From: an uncultured Chloroflexia bacterium
Lineage (GTDB): Bacteria; Chloroflexota; Limnocylindria; Limnocylindrales; CSP1-4
DNA: 64,000 nucleotides
Direction: 5' to 3'
Assembly: GCA_963713975.1 (NCBI GenBank)
Contig: OY970218.1
Span: forward strand, 2,880,001-2,944,000
Within the stretch, counting starts at the first letter, position 1. Each line of letters starts with the position of its first letter. The notes below the pieces were generated by a model that was not told the DNA's origin, made no database searches, and worked only from the letters and a program-made list of their open reading frames with translations. The translations under genes and the position numbers were made by a program. Positions 21,147 through 30,744 of the stretch are shown in pieces.

Positions 21147-21300
21147 GTCAGTGGGCACATCTGGCCTTACGCGCGAGCTACCCGGTGATCTGCCGCCCCA
21201 GCGGGCCGGATCATCGCCCTTGGCTAGCAGCGTGAGCCCGGGACCCTCTGCGGAATCGCTGACGTCGAAAGCGTTCGCCTGTGGCTAGTGGCCCGCTTTC
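21147..21300 (+). ncRNA. candidate structured non-coding RNA (family unassigned)
   Basis: Several long-range helices found by eye, with G-U pairs that work on the + strand; no credible ORF. See findings. Confidence 0.35.
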
Positions 21301-21352
21301 ATCGGTGCTCCTGCCGGCGGAACCGGGCCAGACCGCCGCGCGCCATGTGGGA

Positions 21353-21652
21353 TCAGTGGACGTGGATGCGGGCCCGTAGCCGCTCGACCAGCACGGGACG
21401 GATCACCTCGCCGTCCGTCTGGTCCGAGACCCGGCGGGGCACGGCTGGATCCACCTTCGGCTCGGTGCCCCTCCAGCGCCACGGGACGTCCTGCTGCTCC
21501 TGGATCCCGTCGGGCCAGCGAGGCTCGCGGCGTAGGAAGAACAGCGACACCCACCCGTCGCCCCGATCCGCGACGATCCGGCTGACGAGGAGTGGGACGA
21601 GGAAGGCAGCGACGATCGCGAAGACCCCCAACGCCAGGACATCAGGACTCAT
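21353..21652 (-). CDS. small single-TM hypothetical protein (99 aa)
   Basis: SD GGAGA, ATG 21652; TM VLALGVFAIVAAFLVPLLV; Trp-rich WPDGIQEQQDVPWRW segment. Confidence 0.65.
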   Translation of the reverse strand: MSPDVLALGVFAIVAAFLVPLLVSRIVADRGDGWVSLFFLRREPRWPDGIQEQQDVPWRWRGTEPKVDPAVPRRVSDQTDGEVIRPVLVERLRARIHVH

Positions 21653-21759
21653 GCCCTGATTCTCCCACCACGTGGAAGCATCCCGGCGGTGGCACGCGGC
21701 GCGGTCCACGGGGCGCCGGCGCGCGGCCATGACGGCGAGGGCACCCGGCCGGCCCTGGC

Positions 21760-21788
21760 GCGGGGGCCGGGCGTCACCCGGCCCCCGC
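21760..21788 (-). terminator. perfect 12-bp hairpin just after the YbaY-repeat gene
   Basis: GCGGGGGCCGGG-cgtca-CCCGGCCCCCGC, 5 nt past the stop; no U tract. Confidence 0.55.
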
Positions 21789-21793
21789 CCAGA

Positions 21794-23611
21794 TCACTTC
21801 CGGTTGCGCATCACGAGCACGACCGCCCCGGCACCGAGCCCGACGATCACCAGGAGCAGCACGATCGGGAGCAAGCTGCCGCCCTCGTCCGCCGGTGGCG
21901 GCGGCTCCACGGCCGGACTCGGCCGCGGAGCGGGAGAGGCCGTCGGCGCCGGCACCGGCACCGCCGTGACGGTCAGGATGACGTTCGCCTTGGCGTTGCC
22001 CTTCGTGATCACGGGCACGCCACTCGAGGTCGCCCAGAGGGTCGTGCCATCCCAGATGGATCCTCGCGCGACGTAGTCCGCGTTCGGGTCGATCGCCGCC
22101 GGGTCGTATGGGACCGAGAACGGCACCGGAACGGCCCCGACCGGGATGATCAGCTGGAAGCCGACCGTCTCGCCCGTGTCCACGCGGACGATGAGGGCCG
22201 TGCCGTACGCTTCGGGGTCACGGGCCGGGTCGAGCCCGACACCGGTGATGGTCCCAGAGACGGCGCCCTTCAGCAGGTCCGGCCGGAACGCCAGCGGCAG
22301 CTCCACGTCCTCGGTCATGGGCCACGGCACCTTGACCGCCACTCCGATGGGCGTCACCCAGGCCAGGTCGCCGTCCTGGATGCCAGCGTACAGATAGTAC
22401 GACGCACCGGCCGACACAGCCGACATCGGATAGGCCAACTCATACGGCACCGGGATCGAACCCGGGTCACGGATCGACGTGGAGGTGACGATGTTCCCCT
22501 CGTTGGGACCGCCGCTTCCCTCGATCAGAAGGACGACCGCCCTGGCATCGGCGGATAGCTCGTGGTCCTCCTTGTAGGTCAGCGTCCCCTTGATGATCCC
22601 GGTGTCGGGCGACGGGGACGGAGTGGCGCTTGCCGTCGCCTCCGCGGTGGGGGACGGAGTCGGCGAAGGTGACGGGGTCGGTGACGGGGTCTCCGTCGGC
22701 TCCGCGGTTGGCTCGGACGTCGGCTCCGCGGTTGGCTCGGACGTCGGCTCCGCAGTTGGCTCGGACGTCGGCTCAGCAGTTGGCTCGCCTGTCGGCTTGG
22801 GTGTCGCCGATGGCTTGGGAGTGGGCTTCGGCGTCGGCTCGGCCGTCGGCTCGGCCGTCGGCTTGGGTGTGGCGGTCGGGGTGGGCGCGCTGCCACTGAC
22901 CAGGATGACAGGCACCTTCACCGCCGTGACGACCGCGCCCCCCACGATGGCTGGAACGGCCTCCGGCGACGACCACTGGCGGTCGCCGTCAACAATTCCT
23001 GCGCGCACGGCGTAGGTGACCGACGGATCGACGACCCCGGGGTCGAACTGGACGGTGAACGGGATCGGCTCCTTGGCCGGGGACGGGATCGACTGGCGGG
23101 CAACCATCGTCCCCGTAGATAGGTTGACGAGGGCGGCGAAGGCGGTTGCCCCTGCCGTGAGGGCGCTCCCGTCCTGGCGAGTGATGGTCCCGCTCACCGT
23201 CGCCGTCGAGGCCGAGCTCAGCGGGGCGACCAGCACCGACAGCCCCGAGGTCGGTCCACCGGTGATCACCGGCACGGGCTCCACGCTCTGCAGCGTTCGC
23301 GAGTCGTCGACGATGCTGGCGAAGACGGCGTAGCTGTGACCCGGATCGATGGCGGCCTCGTCATACGGGACGACGAACGCGAGCGGCAGCTGGGCGCCAT
23401 CGACACGTTGCGAGCCGACGATCACGCCGGCGTCCGGGCTGGCCTGCTGGTCCACGATCGAGATCATGGCCACGGCGTTGGGGCCCAGCGCCATCTTGTC
23501 CTTGCTCACCAGCGTTCCCGAGACGGTCGGACCGGCGGCGTCGACACCAGGAGCCGGCACGAGACCCGCCAGGAGCAGCAGCGGCAGGAGGAGGACAAAG
23601 GGCTTGCGCAT
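21794..23611 (-). CDS. secreted, C-terminally anchored protein with four YbaY/YscW-like domains and a Pro/Thr linker
   Basis: Signal peptide MRKPFVLLLPLLLLAGL; four repeats of the pattern SGT...P.PF.V.YD...IDP...Y...A.I; C-terminal TM plus RNRK; SD GAGGTG. Confidence 0.75.
   Translation of the reverse strand: MRKPFVLLLPLLLLAGLVPAPGVDAAGPTVSGTLVSKDKMALGPNAVAMISIVDQQASPDAGVIVGSQRVDGAQLPLAFVVPYDEAAIDPGHSYAVFASIVDDSRTLQSVEPVPVITGGPTSGLSVLVAPLSSASTATVSGTITRQDGSALTAGATAFAALVNLSTGTMVARQSIPSPAKEPIPFTVQFDPGVVDPSVTYAVRAGIVDGDRQWSSPEAVPAIVGGAVVTAVKVPVILVSGSAPTPTATPKPTAEPTAEPTPKPTPKPSATPKPTGEPTAEPTSEPTAEPTSEPTAEPTSEPTAEPTETPSPTPSPSPTPSPTAEATASATPSPSPDTGIIKGTLTYKEDHELSADARAVVLLIEGSGGPNEGNIVTSTSIRDPGSIPVPYELAYPMSAVSAGASYYLYAGIQDGDLAWVTPIGVAVKVPWPMTEDVELPLAFRPDLLKGAVSGTITGVGLDPARDPEAYGTALIVRVDTGETVGFQLIIPVGAVPVPFSVPYDPAAIDPNADYVARGSIWDGTTLWATSSGVPVITKGNAKANVILTVTAVPVPAPTASPAPRPSPAVEPPPPADEGGSLLPIVLLLVIVGLGAGAVVLVMRNRK
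22694..22787. repeat. coding 24-bp tandem repeat x~4 encoding (PTSEPTAE)n
   Basis: CGTCGGCTCCGCGGTTGGCTCGGA unit at 22694, 22718, 22742, 22766 with minor changes. Confidence 0.9.
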
Positions 23612-23659
23612 CGGACGACACCTCACGGAGATGGGCGGCGGGCGGTCGTGACTGCCCAG

Positions 23660-23727
23660 AGTCTACGGGACGCTCCCGGAACCGCCCGGGAGCGCACCGG
23701 GGAGGCCATGCGCCACGGACGTACAAT
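23660..23727. promoter_or_regulatory. divergent promoter region with a central 9-bp inverted repeat
   Basis: Minus-strand TAGACT 23660-23665, plus-strand TACAAT 23722-23727 (9 nt before iscS ATG), IR CGCTCCCGG-N6-CCGGGAGCG at 23671-23694. Confidence 0.55.
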
Positions 23728-23736
23728 CCGCGGACC

Positions 23737-24924
23737 ATGGCGATCTATCTCGACCACGCTGCGACCACGCCACTGCGCCCGGAAGTGCTCGAGGCGATGC
23801 TGCCGTACCTGGGTGGCACGTTTGGGAACCCGTCGTCCGCGCACACGTGGGGCCGTGCGGCCCGCGAGGGGCTGGACGACGCCCGGGAACGCCTGGCACG
23901 GGCGATCGGTGCCGATCCGCGCGAGGTCGTGTTCACCAGCGGCGGCACAGAGGCAAGCAACATGGCGCTCAAGGGTGCCGCCTGGGCCGGGCGGGCTCGC
24001 GGCGCCCGGCTCGTCACGTCGACGGTGGAGCATCATGCCGTCGGCCACTCACTGTCCCACCTGGAGAAGTTCGGCTTCGAGATCGTCGAAGTGCCCGTCG
24101 ACCGTTACGGGCGCGTCGACCCGGCCGATGTGGAGCACGCGATCACGGACCGGACGATCCTCGTCACCGTGATGCTGGCCAACAACGAGGTCGGAACCGT
24201 CCAGCCGATCGCAGAGGTCGCCCGGGTCGTCCGGGGGCACCGCGGGATCCTTCTCCACGTGGACGCGGTACAGGCCGCGCCCTGGGTGGACCTGGATGTC
24301 CACGCTCTTGGCGCGGACCTCGTCGCGCTCGGGGCGCACAAGGCAGAGGGCCCCAAGGGCTCCGGCGCCCTGTGGATCCGCAAGGGCACGCACGTCCTCG
24401 CCCAGCAGCATGGCGGATCACAGGAGCGACACCGGCGGGCTGGCACGGAGAACGTGGCGGGCGCGGTTGGCATGGCGAAGGCGTTCGAGCTGGTCGCGGC
24501 GGAGCGAGCGGCGTCCGTCGAGCGCGTTGGCGCACTGCGTGACCGCCTGGCGACAGCCGTGCTGGAGGTGGAGGGCGTGGAGCTCACCGGTCATCCGACC
24601 GAGCGCCTGCCGCATATCCTCTCGGTGGTCGTGCACGGGATCGACGGCGGCTCCGTGGTGCTGGCGCTGGATCTCCTGGGGATCGCCGCGTCCACCGGCT
24701 CCGCGTGCTCCAGCGGCTCTGGCGAGGTGAGCCATGTCCTCGCGGCCATGGGCTATCCCGCCGACGAGGCGCGGGGCGCCGTCCGCCTGAGCCTGGGACG
24801 GTCCACGACCGAGGCGGAGATCGACGAGGCATCGAGGCTCGTGCCGGAGGCCGTCCGCCGGCTCGTGGCGGCTGCCCCGCGCGTTCCGGCCGGGATCTCG
24901 ACCCCGGGGGTCACGCCCGGATGA
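23737..24924 (+). CDS. iscS: cysteine desulfurase IscS/NifS family
   Basis: [54 protein letters not shown]. Confidence 0.92.
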   Translation: MAIYLDHAATTPLRPEVLEAMLPYLGGTFGNPSSAHTWGRAAREGLDDARERLARAIGADPREVVFTSGGTEASNMALKGAAWAGRARGARLVTSTVEHHAVGHSLSHLEKFGFEIVEVPVDRYGRVDPADVEHAITDRTILVTVMLANNEVGTVQPIAEVARVVRGHRGILLHVDAVQAAPWVDLDVHALGADLVALGAHKAEGPKGSGALWIRKGTHVLAQQHGGSQERHRRAGTENVAGAVGMAKAFELVAAERAASVERVGALRDRLATAVLEVEGVELTGHPTERLPHILSVVVHGIDGGSVVLALDLLGIAASTGSACSSGSGEVSHVLAAMGYPADEARGAVRLSLGRSTTEAEIDEASRLVPEAVRRLVAAAPRVPAGISTPGVTPG

Positions 24925-26093
24925 GCCGGATCCTGGTCGCGATGTCGGGTGGCGTGGACAGTAGCGTGGCGGCCGCGCTGCTCCGTGACCAGGGCCACGA
25001 TGTGGTCGGCGTCTGGATGCGCCTCCACGAAGTGGCGGACAGCACCGCGGAGTTCCGGAAGAGCTGCTGCTCGGTCGACGCCGCGGACGATGCGCGGCGC
25101 GTGGCCGCCCGGCTCGAGATCCCGTTCTACGTGATGAATCTGGAGCGCGAGTTCGGGGCCGGGGTCATCGAGCCGTTCCTTGCCGCATACCTGGACGGCC
25201 GCACGCCCAGTCCGTGCGTGGACTGCAACACGGTCGTGAAGTTCGGGGCCCTGCTGGGACGGGCGCGCCATCTCTACGACTGCGAGGCGGTCGCCACGGG
25301 CCACTACGCCCGGCGGCGGGTCATCGAGACCGCCGACGGATCGCGCGCGGTGCTTGCCCTGGCCGCCGACGAGGCCAAGGACCAGACGTACTTCCTGTAC
25401 GGCCTCCGCCAGGATCAGCTGTGGCACAGCCGCTTCCCGCTGGGCGACCTCACGAAGCCCGAGGTGCGCGAGGTCGCTCGGGGGCTGTGCCTCGCGACGG
25501 CGGACAAGCCCGAGAGCCAGGAGATCTGCTTCGTGCCCGGCGGCGACTACCGCGCTGAGCTTCGGTCCCGCGGCGGCTGGGTCCCGGAGCCGGGACCGGT
25601 CCTGGACGCCGATGGCGTTCACCTCGGAGAGCACGCCGGTGCGGCCGGCTTCACGGTCGGCCAGCGGAAGGGGCTCGGTGTCGCGATCGGTGAGCCCCGC
25701 TACGTCTCGCGCATCGATCCCGCCACGAATGCCATCGTGCTCGGCCGCCGGGAGGACCTGGAGACGCGCACGATCCGGATCGAGGGCGGAACCTTCGTCG
25801 CCGACGCGCCACCCGGGCGCCGGGACGGGGACGGCGGCTTCAGCCCCTTCCGTGCCAGGGTCCGGATCCGCCATCGAGCGCCGCTCGTGGATGCGTGGGT
25901 GCACCCCGCATCGGCAGCGGAACCGGGCCGTAACGGTCGCTGGACGGTCGAGACCGACACCCCCGTGTGGGCGGTCGCACCCGGCCAGGCCTGCGTCCTC
26001 TATGACGGCGACGTGTGCCTGGGGGGCGGACGCATCGCTGCCGCCGAGCCGCCGGTCCCGGTCCCGGCCCGGCCCGCCGAGGTGCCGGCATGA
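24921..26093 (+). CDS. mnmA: tRNA 2-thiouridine(34) synthase MnmA
   Basis: [58 protein letters not shown]; ATGA overlap with iscS. Confidence 0.95.
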   Translation: MSRILVAMSGGVDSSVAAALLRDQGHDVVGVWMRLHEVADSTAEFRKSCCSVDAADDARRVAARLEIPFYVMNLEREFGAGVIEPFLAAYLDGRTPSPCVDCNTVVKFGALLGRARHLYDCEAVATGHYARRRVIETADGSRAVLALAADEAKDQTYFLYGLRQDQLWHSRFPLGDLTKPEVREVARGLCLATADKPESQEICFVPGGDYRAELRSRGGWVPEPGPVLDADGVHLGEHAGAAGFTVGQRKGLGVAIGEPRYVSRIDPATNAIVLGRREDLETRTIRIEGGTFVADAPPGRRDGDGGFSPFRARVRIRHRAPLVDAWVHPASAAEPGRNGRWTVETDTPVWAVAPGQACVLYDGDVCLGGGRIAAAEPPVPVPARPAEVPA

Positions 26094-26371
26094 CGATCGG
26101 GCCCGCGCTGCCGCTCGCGATCCTCGTCGGCCTGGTGAACACCGCGCTCTACGTGCTCATCCGCGGCGAGACCGGCGGCCGGCTCCCGATCACCCTCACG
26201 GCGGCCGTCCTCGGCGCCTGGGCCGGCGCCGCCATCGGTGGACGGCTCGGGGTCACCGTGCTCGCGATCGGGGACTTCGCCTTGATCACCGCCTGCATCA
26301 TGGCGTGGGTGGGCATCGGAATCGTGGCCGTCCTGGCAACGCTTGGCCCGCGATCCGGGGAAACCAGGTGA
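26090..26371 (+). CDS. small three-TM membrane protein
   Basis: ATGA overlap with mnmA; [16 protein letters not shown]...[12 protein letters not shown]...IGDFALITA; loosely GlsB/YeaQ-like. Confidence 0.7.
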   Translation: MTIGPALPLAILVGLVNTALYVLIRGETGGRLPITLTAAVLGAWAGAAIGGRLGVTVLAIGDFALITACIMAWVGIGIVAVLATLGPRSGETR

Positions 26372-26595
26372 GGCGGGTCCGGCGACCCGGCTCAGGCGGA
26401 CCGGCAGACCGACCAGCGACGGGCGTCGACGACGCGCTCGGCCCCCTCGCGGACCTCGGGCAGCTCCTGGGCGGCGACAGTGACCGGTCACGCCGGTTCC
26501 TGGGTGGGATCGCAGCAGGGGCCCTGGTCGGGGCGGCCGTCGCCGGCGCTGCGCTGATGCGCTGGCGAGGCTCGGTCCGGCGCGATCGAGGCTGA
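26368..26595 (+). CDS. small hypothetical protein with Gly/Ala-rich TM
   Basis: GTGA overlap; RRFLGGIAAGALVGAAVAGAALMR. Confidence 0.5.
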   Translation: MRRVRRPGSGGPADRPATGVDDALGPLADLGQLLGGDSDRSRRFLGGIAAGALVGAAVAGAALMRWRGSVRRDRG

Positions 26596-26623
26596 CGGCA
26601 CCGAGCGACCGCCCACCGTTCGG

Positions 26624-26629
26624 TACCAT
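26624..26629 (+). promoter_or_regulatory. -10 element TACCAT, probable leaderless promoter of alaS
   Basis: TACCAT 6 nt before ATG 26636. Confidence 0.6.
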
Positions 26630-26635
26630 TGGCCG

Positions 26636-29437
26636 ATGTCCACCACGTTGCCGTCCGAGCCCGTCATCCCGTACCTGTCCGGCGCCGAGATCCGGGCTCG
26701 CTTCGTGGAGTTCTTCGCAGAGCGCGGCCACACGGTGGTTCCCAGCGCGAGCCTCGTTCCGGCGGGCGACCAGACGCTGCTGTTCACCAACTCCGGCATG
26801 GTCCAGTTCAAGGACGCCCTCACCGGGGTGGAGCGACGCGAGTACGTGCGCGCGGTCGACTACCAGCGATGTCTCCGGGTTGCCGGCAAGCACAACGACT
26901 TCGAGGAGGTTGGGCGCACCCCGCGGCATCACACGCTGTTCGAGATGCTGGGCAACTGGAGCTTCGGCGACTACTTCAAGCGCGAGGCGATCCACTGGGC
27001 ATGGCAGTTCCTCACGGGTGACCTGCAGATCCCGGCCGCACGGCTGGCGGCGACCGTCTACACCACCGATGACGTGGCGCACGCGATCTGGAAGGACGAG
27101 ATCGGCCTGCCGCCCGAGAGGCTGGTCCGCTGGGGAGACTTCCCGAATGGCGACGAGGCCAACTGGTGGCGGATGGGGGACCTCGGGCCGTCGGGTCCGT
27201 GCTCCGAGCTCCACTATGACCGCGGAGCCCACCTTGCCGAGGGACCCGAGTGCACACCGGACCACAGCGAGCACTGTCCGCGCTGGCTGGAGATCTGGAA
27301 CCTCGTGTTCATGGAGTTCGAGCTGCACCTCGACCGCAGCCTGACCCCGCTGCCCGCCCCGGGCGTGGATACGGGGCTGGGTCTCGAGCGGGTCGCGAGC
27401 GTCGTGCAGGGCGTGACCAACAACTACGACACGGACCTGTTCACGCCGATCGTCGGCCGCATGAGGGACCTCCTCGGGCACGACCCGGCCGCCTTCGAGC
27501 AGGAGCGCTTCAGCTACCAGGTGATCGCGGACCACAGCCGCGCCGTGACGTTCCTCGTGGCCGACGGCGTCCTGCCGTCCAACGAGGGCCGGGGCTACGT
27601 CCTGCGCAGGATCACGCGGCGCGCGATCCGCCACGGTCGCCTGCTCGGTCGGACCGAGCCATTCCTGGGCGAGACGGCCAAGGTCGTGATCGACACCATG
27701 GGCGAGGCGTACCCGCTGCTCGTGGAGCGCAAGGCCGAGATCCTCGGCGTCATCGAGCGCGAGGAGCGGCAGTTCAACCGCACGCTCGCCGCGGGTGTCG
27801 GGCTCCTCGAGGAGGCCCTGGTCCCGCTGACAGACGCGGAGCGCGTCGTGGGCCGGTCCCCGGAGCATCTCCCCGACGATGCGCCGGTGCTGCCCGGCGA
27901 GGTCGCGTTCCGCCTTCACGACACCTACGGCTTCCCGATCGACCTGACGGTGGAGCTCGCGGCCGAGTATGGCGTCCGCACCGACCTCGAGGGGTTCCGG
28001 ACAGCGCTCGAGGAGCAGCGCGACCGCAGCAGGACCGGGACCAAGGCGGACCTGCTCAGGACCGCCGAGCTGGCGTCGCTCTACAACGCCCTGCTGGGCC
28101 GGACCGGGACCACGGAGTTCACCGGCTACGAGGCCACGTCCGGTGACGCGACCATCGTCGCGATCCTGCGGGACGGCACCGAGTACGAGTCGCTGGAGGC
28201 CATCGCCGAGGTGGAGCTCCGTGCGGAGGCGAGCGCGACGGCGGAGATCGTCCTCGACCGCACGCCGTTCTACGCGGAGAGCGGCGGCCAGGTCGCCGAC
28301 ACGGGTGTCCTGCGCCTGGTCGACGGCACGGCCGTGTTCGAGGTGCGTGACGTCCAGCGCGTGGCCGGCACCCAGACCGCCGGACTGATCGTCCACCGCG
28401 GGGCCCTGCACGGGGCGATCCGGGTGGGTGACGTGTTGCGTGCCGAGGTCGATCCCGAACGCCGGGCCCACACGATGCGCAACCACACCGGTACCCACCT
28501 GCTGCACCGCGCCCTGCGCAACGTTGTGGGGGACCGCGCACGCCAGGCGGGCTCGCTCGTCGATCCCGACTACCTGCGCTTCGACTTCCCGTTCGACCGG
28601 GCGCTGGCCGACGAGGAGAGGACGGCCATCGAGCACGAGGTCCGCCGCGTGGTCCGCGAGGACCGGCCGGTGAGCATCGAGTGGATGACGATGGCGGAGG
28701 CTCAGGACGCGGGCGCAGACGCCTTCTTCGACGAGAAGTATGGCGAGAGGGTGCGCACCATCCGGGTCGAGGGGTTTAGCCACGAGCTGTGTGGCGGCAC
28801 CCACTGCCGCGCATCGGGCCAGGTGGGCAACTTCATCATCATCGGCGACCGCAGCATCGGGTCCGGGATGCGCCGCATCGAGGCCGTGACCGGCGTCGCC
28901 GCCGATCGGCTGATGGAGGAGCGCTTCGCCCTCCTGGACCGGGCCGCCATCGCGGTCGGGGCCCGCGGCCCGGAGGCGGTCGAGGAGCGCATCGCCACCC
29001 TCCAGGACGAGCTGCGCGACACGAAGCGGCGTCTCAAGGCCGGAGGGGCGGCAGGCGGCCCTCCGAAGGCGGCCGACCTCGCCGGGCGGGCGGTGGAGAT
29101 CGCCCCGGGCGTGCTGTTCGTGGGTGCCGCCCTGGACCTCGAGTCGATCGACGCGCTCAAGGGGCTTGCCAGGGACGTTCGTGGCTCGCTGCCGAGCGGC
29201 GTCATCGCCCTTGGCCTGGCCGCAGACGAGCCGCAGCTGTTCGTGACCGTGTCGGAGGACCTCGTGGCCCGCGGCATCGGGGCCGGCGCGCTGGTCCAGG
29301 GTGCCATCGCCGGCATCGACGGCCGGGGCGGGGGCCGGCCGCAGATGGCCCAGGGCAAGGGCACGCGAGCCGAGGGACTCGGGGACGCGATCGCGGCCGT
29401 CCGTGCGGCCGTGGCCGCGGGAGCCGGGTCCTCATGA
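26636..29437 (+). CDS. alaS: alanine--tRNA ligase
   Basis: LLFTNSGMVQFK, HHTLFEMLGNWSFGDYFK, DTGLGLER, HDTYGFP, editing NHTGTHLLH and ELCGGTH, GRGGG tail. Confidence 0.97.
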   Translation: MSTTLPSEPVIPYLSGAEIRARFVEFFAERGHTVVPSASLVPAGDQTLLFTNSGMVQFKDALTGVERREYVRAVDYQRCLRVAGKHNDFEEVGRTPRHHTLFEMLGNWSFGDYFKREAIHWAWQFLTGDLQIPAARLAATVYTTDDVAHAIWKDEIGLPPERLVRWGDFPNGDEANWWRMGDLGPSGPCSELHYDRGAHLAEGPECTPDHSEHCPRWLEIWNLVFMEFELHLDRSLTPLPAPGVDTGLGLERVASVVQGVTNNYDTDLFTPIVGRMRDLLGHDPAAFEQERFSYQVIADHSRAVTFLVADGVLPSNEGRGYVLRRITRRAIRHGRLLGRTEPFLGETAKVVIDTMGEAYPLLVERKAEILGVIEREERQFNRTLAAGVGLLEEALVPLTDAERVVGRSPEHLPDDAPVLPGEVAFRLHDTYGFPIDLTVELAAEYGVRTDLEGFRTALEEQRDRSRTGTKADLLRTAELASLYNALLGRTGTTEFTGYEATSGDATIVAILRDGTEYESLEAIAEVELRAEASATAEIVLDRTPFYAESGGQVADTGVLRLVDGTAVFEVRDVQRVAGTQTAGLIVHRGALHGAIRVGDVLRAEVDPERRAHTMRNHTGTHLLHRALRNVVGDRARQAGSLVDPDYLRFDFPFDRALADEERTAIEHEVRRVVREDRPVSIEWMTMAEAQDAGADAFFDEKYGERVRTIRVEGFSHELCGGTHCRASGQVGNFIIIGDRSIGSGMRRIEAVTGVAADRLMEERFALLDRAAIAVGARGPEAVEERIATLQDELRDTKRRLKAGGAAGGPPKAADLAGRAVEIAPGVLFVGAALDLESIDALKGLARDVRGSLPSGVIALGLAADEPQLFVTVSEDLVARGIGAGALVQGAIAGIDGRGGGRPQMAQGKGTRAEGLGDAIAAVRAAVAAGAGSS

Positions 29438-29469
29438 GCCACGGCCGCCGCGTGGCAGGGGTCGCTTAG

Positions 29470-30732
29470 ATGTCCTTCCTGCGACGTCTCTGGGACCGCG
29501 ACCAGGCGCCGGTCCCCGCCGCGTGCACGGCGCTCGACATCGGCACCGAGTTCGCGAAGGCACTCGTGTTCGAGATCGACGACCAGGGCCACGGCACCGT
29601 CCGTGGAGTCGGCCGCCGGCGGCAGGGACTCAGCCACATGCAGTCGGGCACCGTCGCCGACATCGCCGCCGTCGTCGACAACTGCGCCGTCGCGCTCCAG
29701 GAGGCCGAGGAGATGGCCGGGTTCCGGCCGACCCAGGTCGTGATCGGGATCGCTGGCGAGCTCGTCAAGGGGTTCACGACGACCCTTACCCAGGAACGCA
29801 AGAAGCCCGAGGTCCCCATCAACGACGCCGAGCTGGTCAAGCTCATCGACAGCGTCCAGCGCGAGGCGCTCCAGGAGGCGGAGCGGTCGATCACCTGGGA
29901 GACGGGACTCCCGCACGTGGACGTGCGCCTCGTGCACAGCGCCATCGTCGGCGCGTCCATCGACGGCTACGGGCTCTCCAACCCGGTCGGCTTCCAAGGC
30001 CGCCACATCCGGATCGGCATCTTCAACGCCTTCGCACCCCTCGTGCACCTGGGAGCGCTGCAATCGGTGGCGAGCCAGCTGGATCTCGAGCTCCTGGAGA
30101 TCGTCGCGGAGCCGTACGCGGTGGCGCGGGTCCTGGGCGCCGAGCACGTGCGCCAGGCCGGCGCGCTGTTCGTGGACGTCGGAGGCGGGACGACAGACGT
30201 CGCGCTCGTCCGCCAGGGCGGCATCGAGGGCACGCGGATGTTCGCCCTCGGAGGCCGCGCCTTCACGAAATCGATCGCGGACCGCCTGGACCTGCCCTTC
30301 CCGCGGGCCGAGGAGCTCAAGGTGGACTACGCCCGTGGCTTCGCGATGCCGGAGCACGAAGCGGTCAAGGAGATCGTCGGTGACGACGTGGCGGTGTGGG
30401 CCGCCGGCGTGGAGCTGGTGATGGAGGAGCTCGCGGCCGGTGACATGCTCCCGTCGCGGATCCACCTTTGCGGGGGCGGATCCCGCCTGCCCGAGATCCG
30501 CGATGCCCTCGCCGCCGAGCGCTTCTGGAAGCGCCTGCCATTCGCGCGCCCGCCCGAGGTGGCGATCATGTCGCCGGGCGAGGTCGAGGCGATCTCCGAT
30601 GCCACGGAGTTGCTGGTGGACCAGCAGGACGTCACCCCGCTCGGGCTCGCCTGGCAGGCGATCGAGATCCAGACGTCGGAGGACCCACTGGACGCCGCGC
30701 TGCGCCGGGTCCTGCGGGCGATGAAGGTCTAG
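29470..30732 (+). CDS. FtsA-like actin-family ATPase (paralog outside the dcw cluster)
   Basis: ALDIGT, IDGY..NPVGFQG (FtsA 1C), AEPYA, VDVGGGTTD, AEELK, LCGGGSRL. Confidence 0.85.
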   Translation: MSFLRRLWDRDQAPVPAACTALDIGTEFAKALVFEIDDQGHGTVRGVGRRRQGLSHMQSGTVADIAAVVDNCAVALQEAEEMAGFRPTQVVIGIAGELVKGFTTTLTQERKKPEVPINDAELVKLIDSVQREALQEAERSITWETGLPHVDVRLVHSAIVGASIDGYGLSNPVGFQGRHIRIGIFNAFAPLVHLGALQSVASQLDLELLEIVAEPYAVARVLGAEHVRQAGALFVDVGGGTTDVALVRQGGIEGTRMFALGGRAFTKSIADRLDLPFPRAEELKVDYARGFAMPEHEAVKEIVGDDVAVWAAGVELVMEELAAGDMLPSRIHLCGGGSRLPEIRDALAAERFWKRLPFARPPEVAIMSPGEVEAISDATELLVDQQDVTPLGLAWQAIEIQTSEDPLDAALRRVLRAMKV

Positions 30733-30744
30733 GCCGGGATCGCG

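Noticed and set aside
22694-22787. CRISPR or non-coding repeat
   Set aside because: In-frame 24-bp coding repeat for a Pro/Thr linker.
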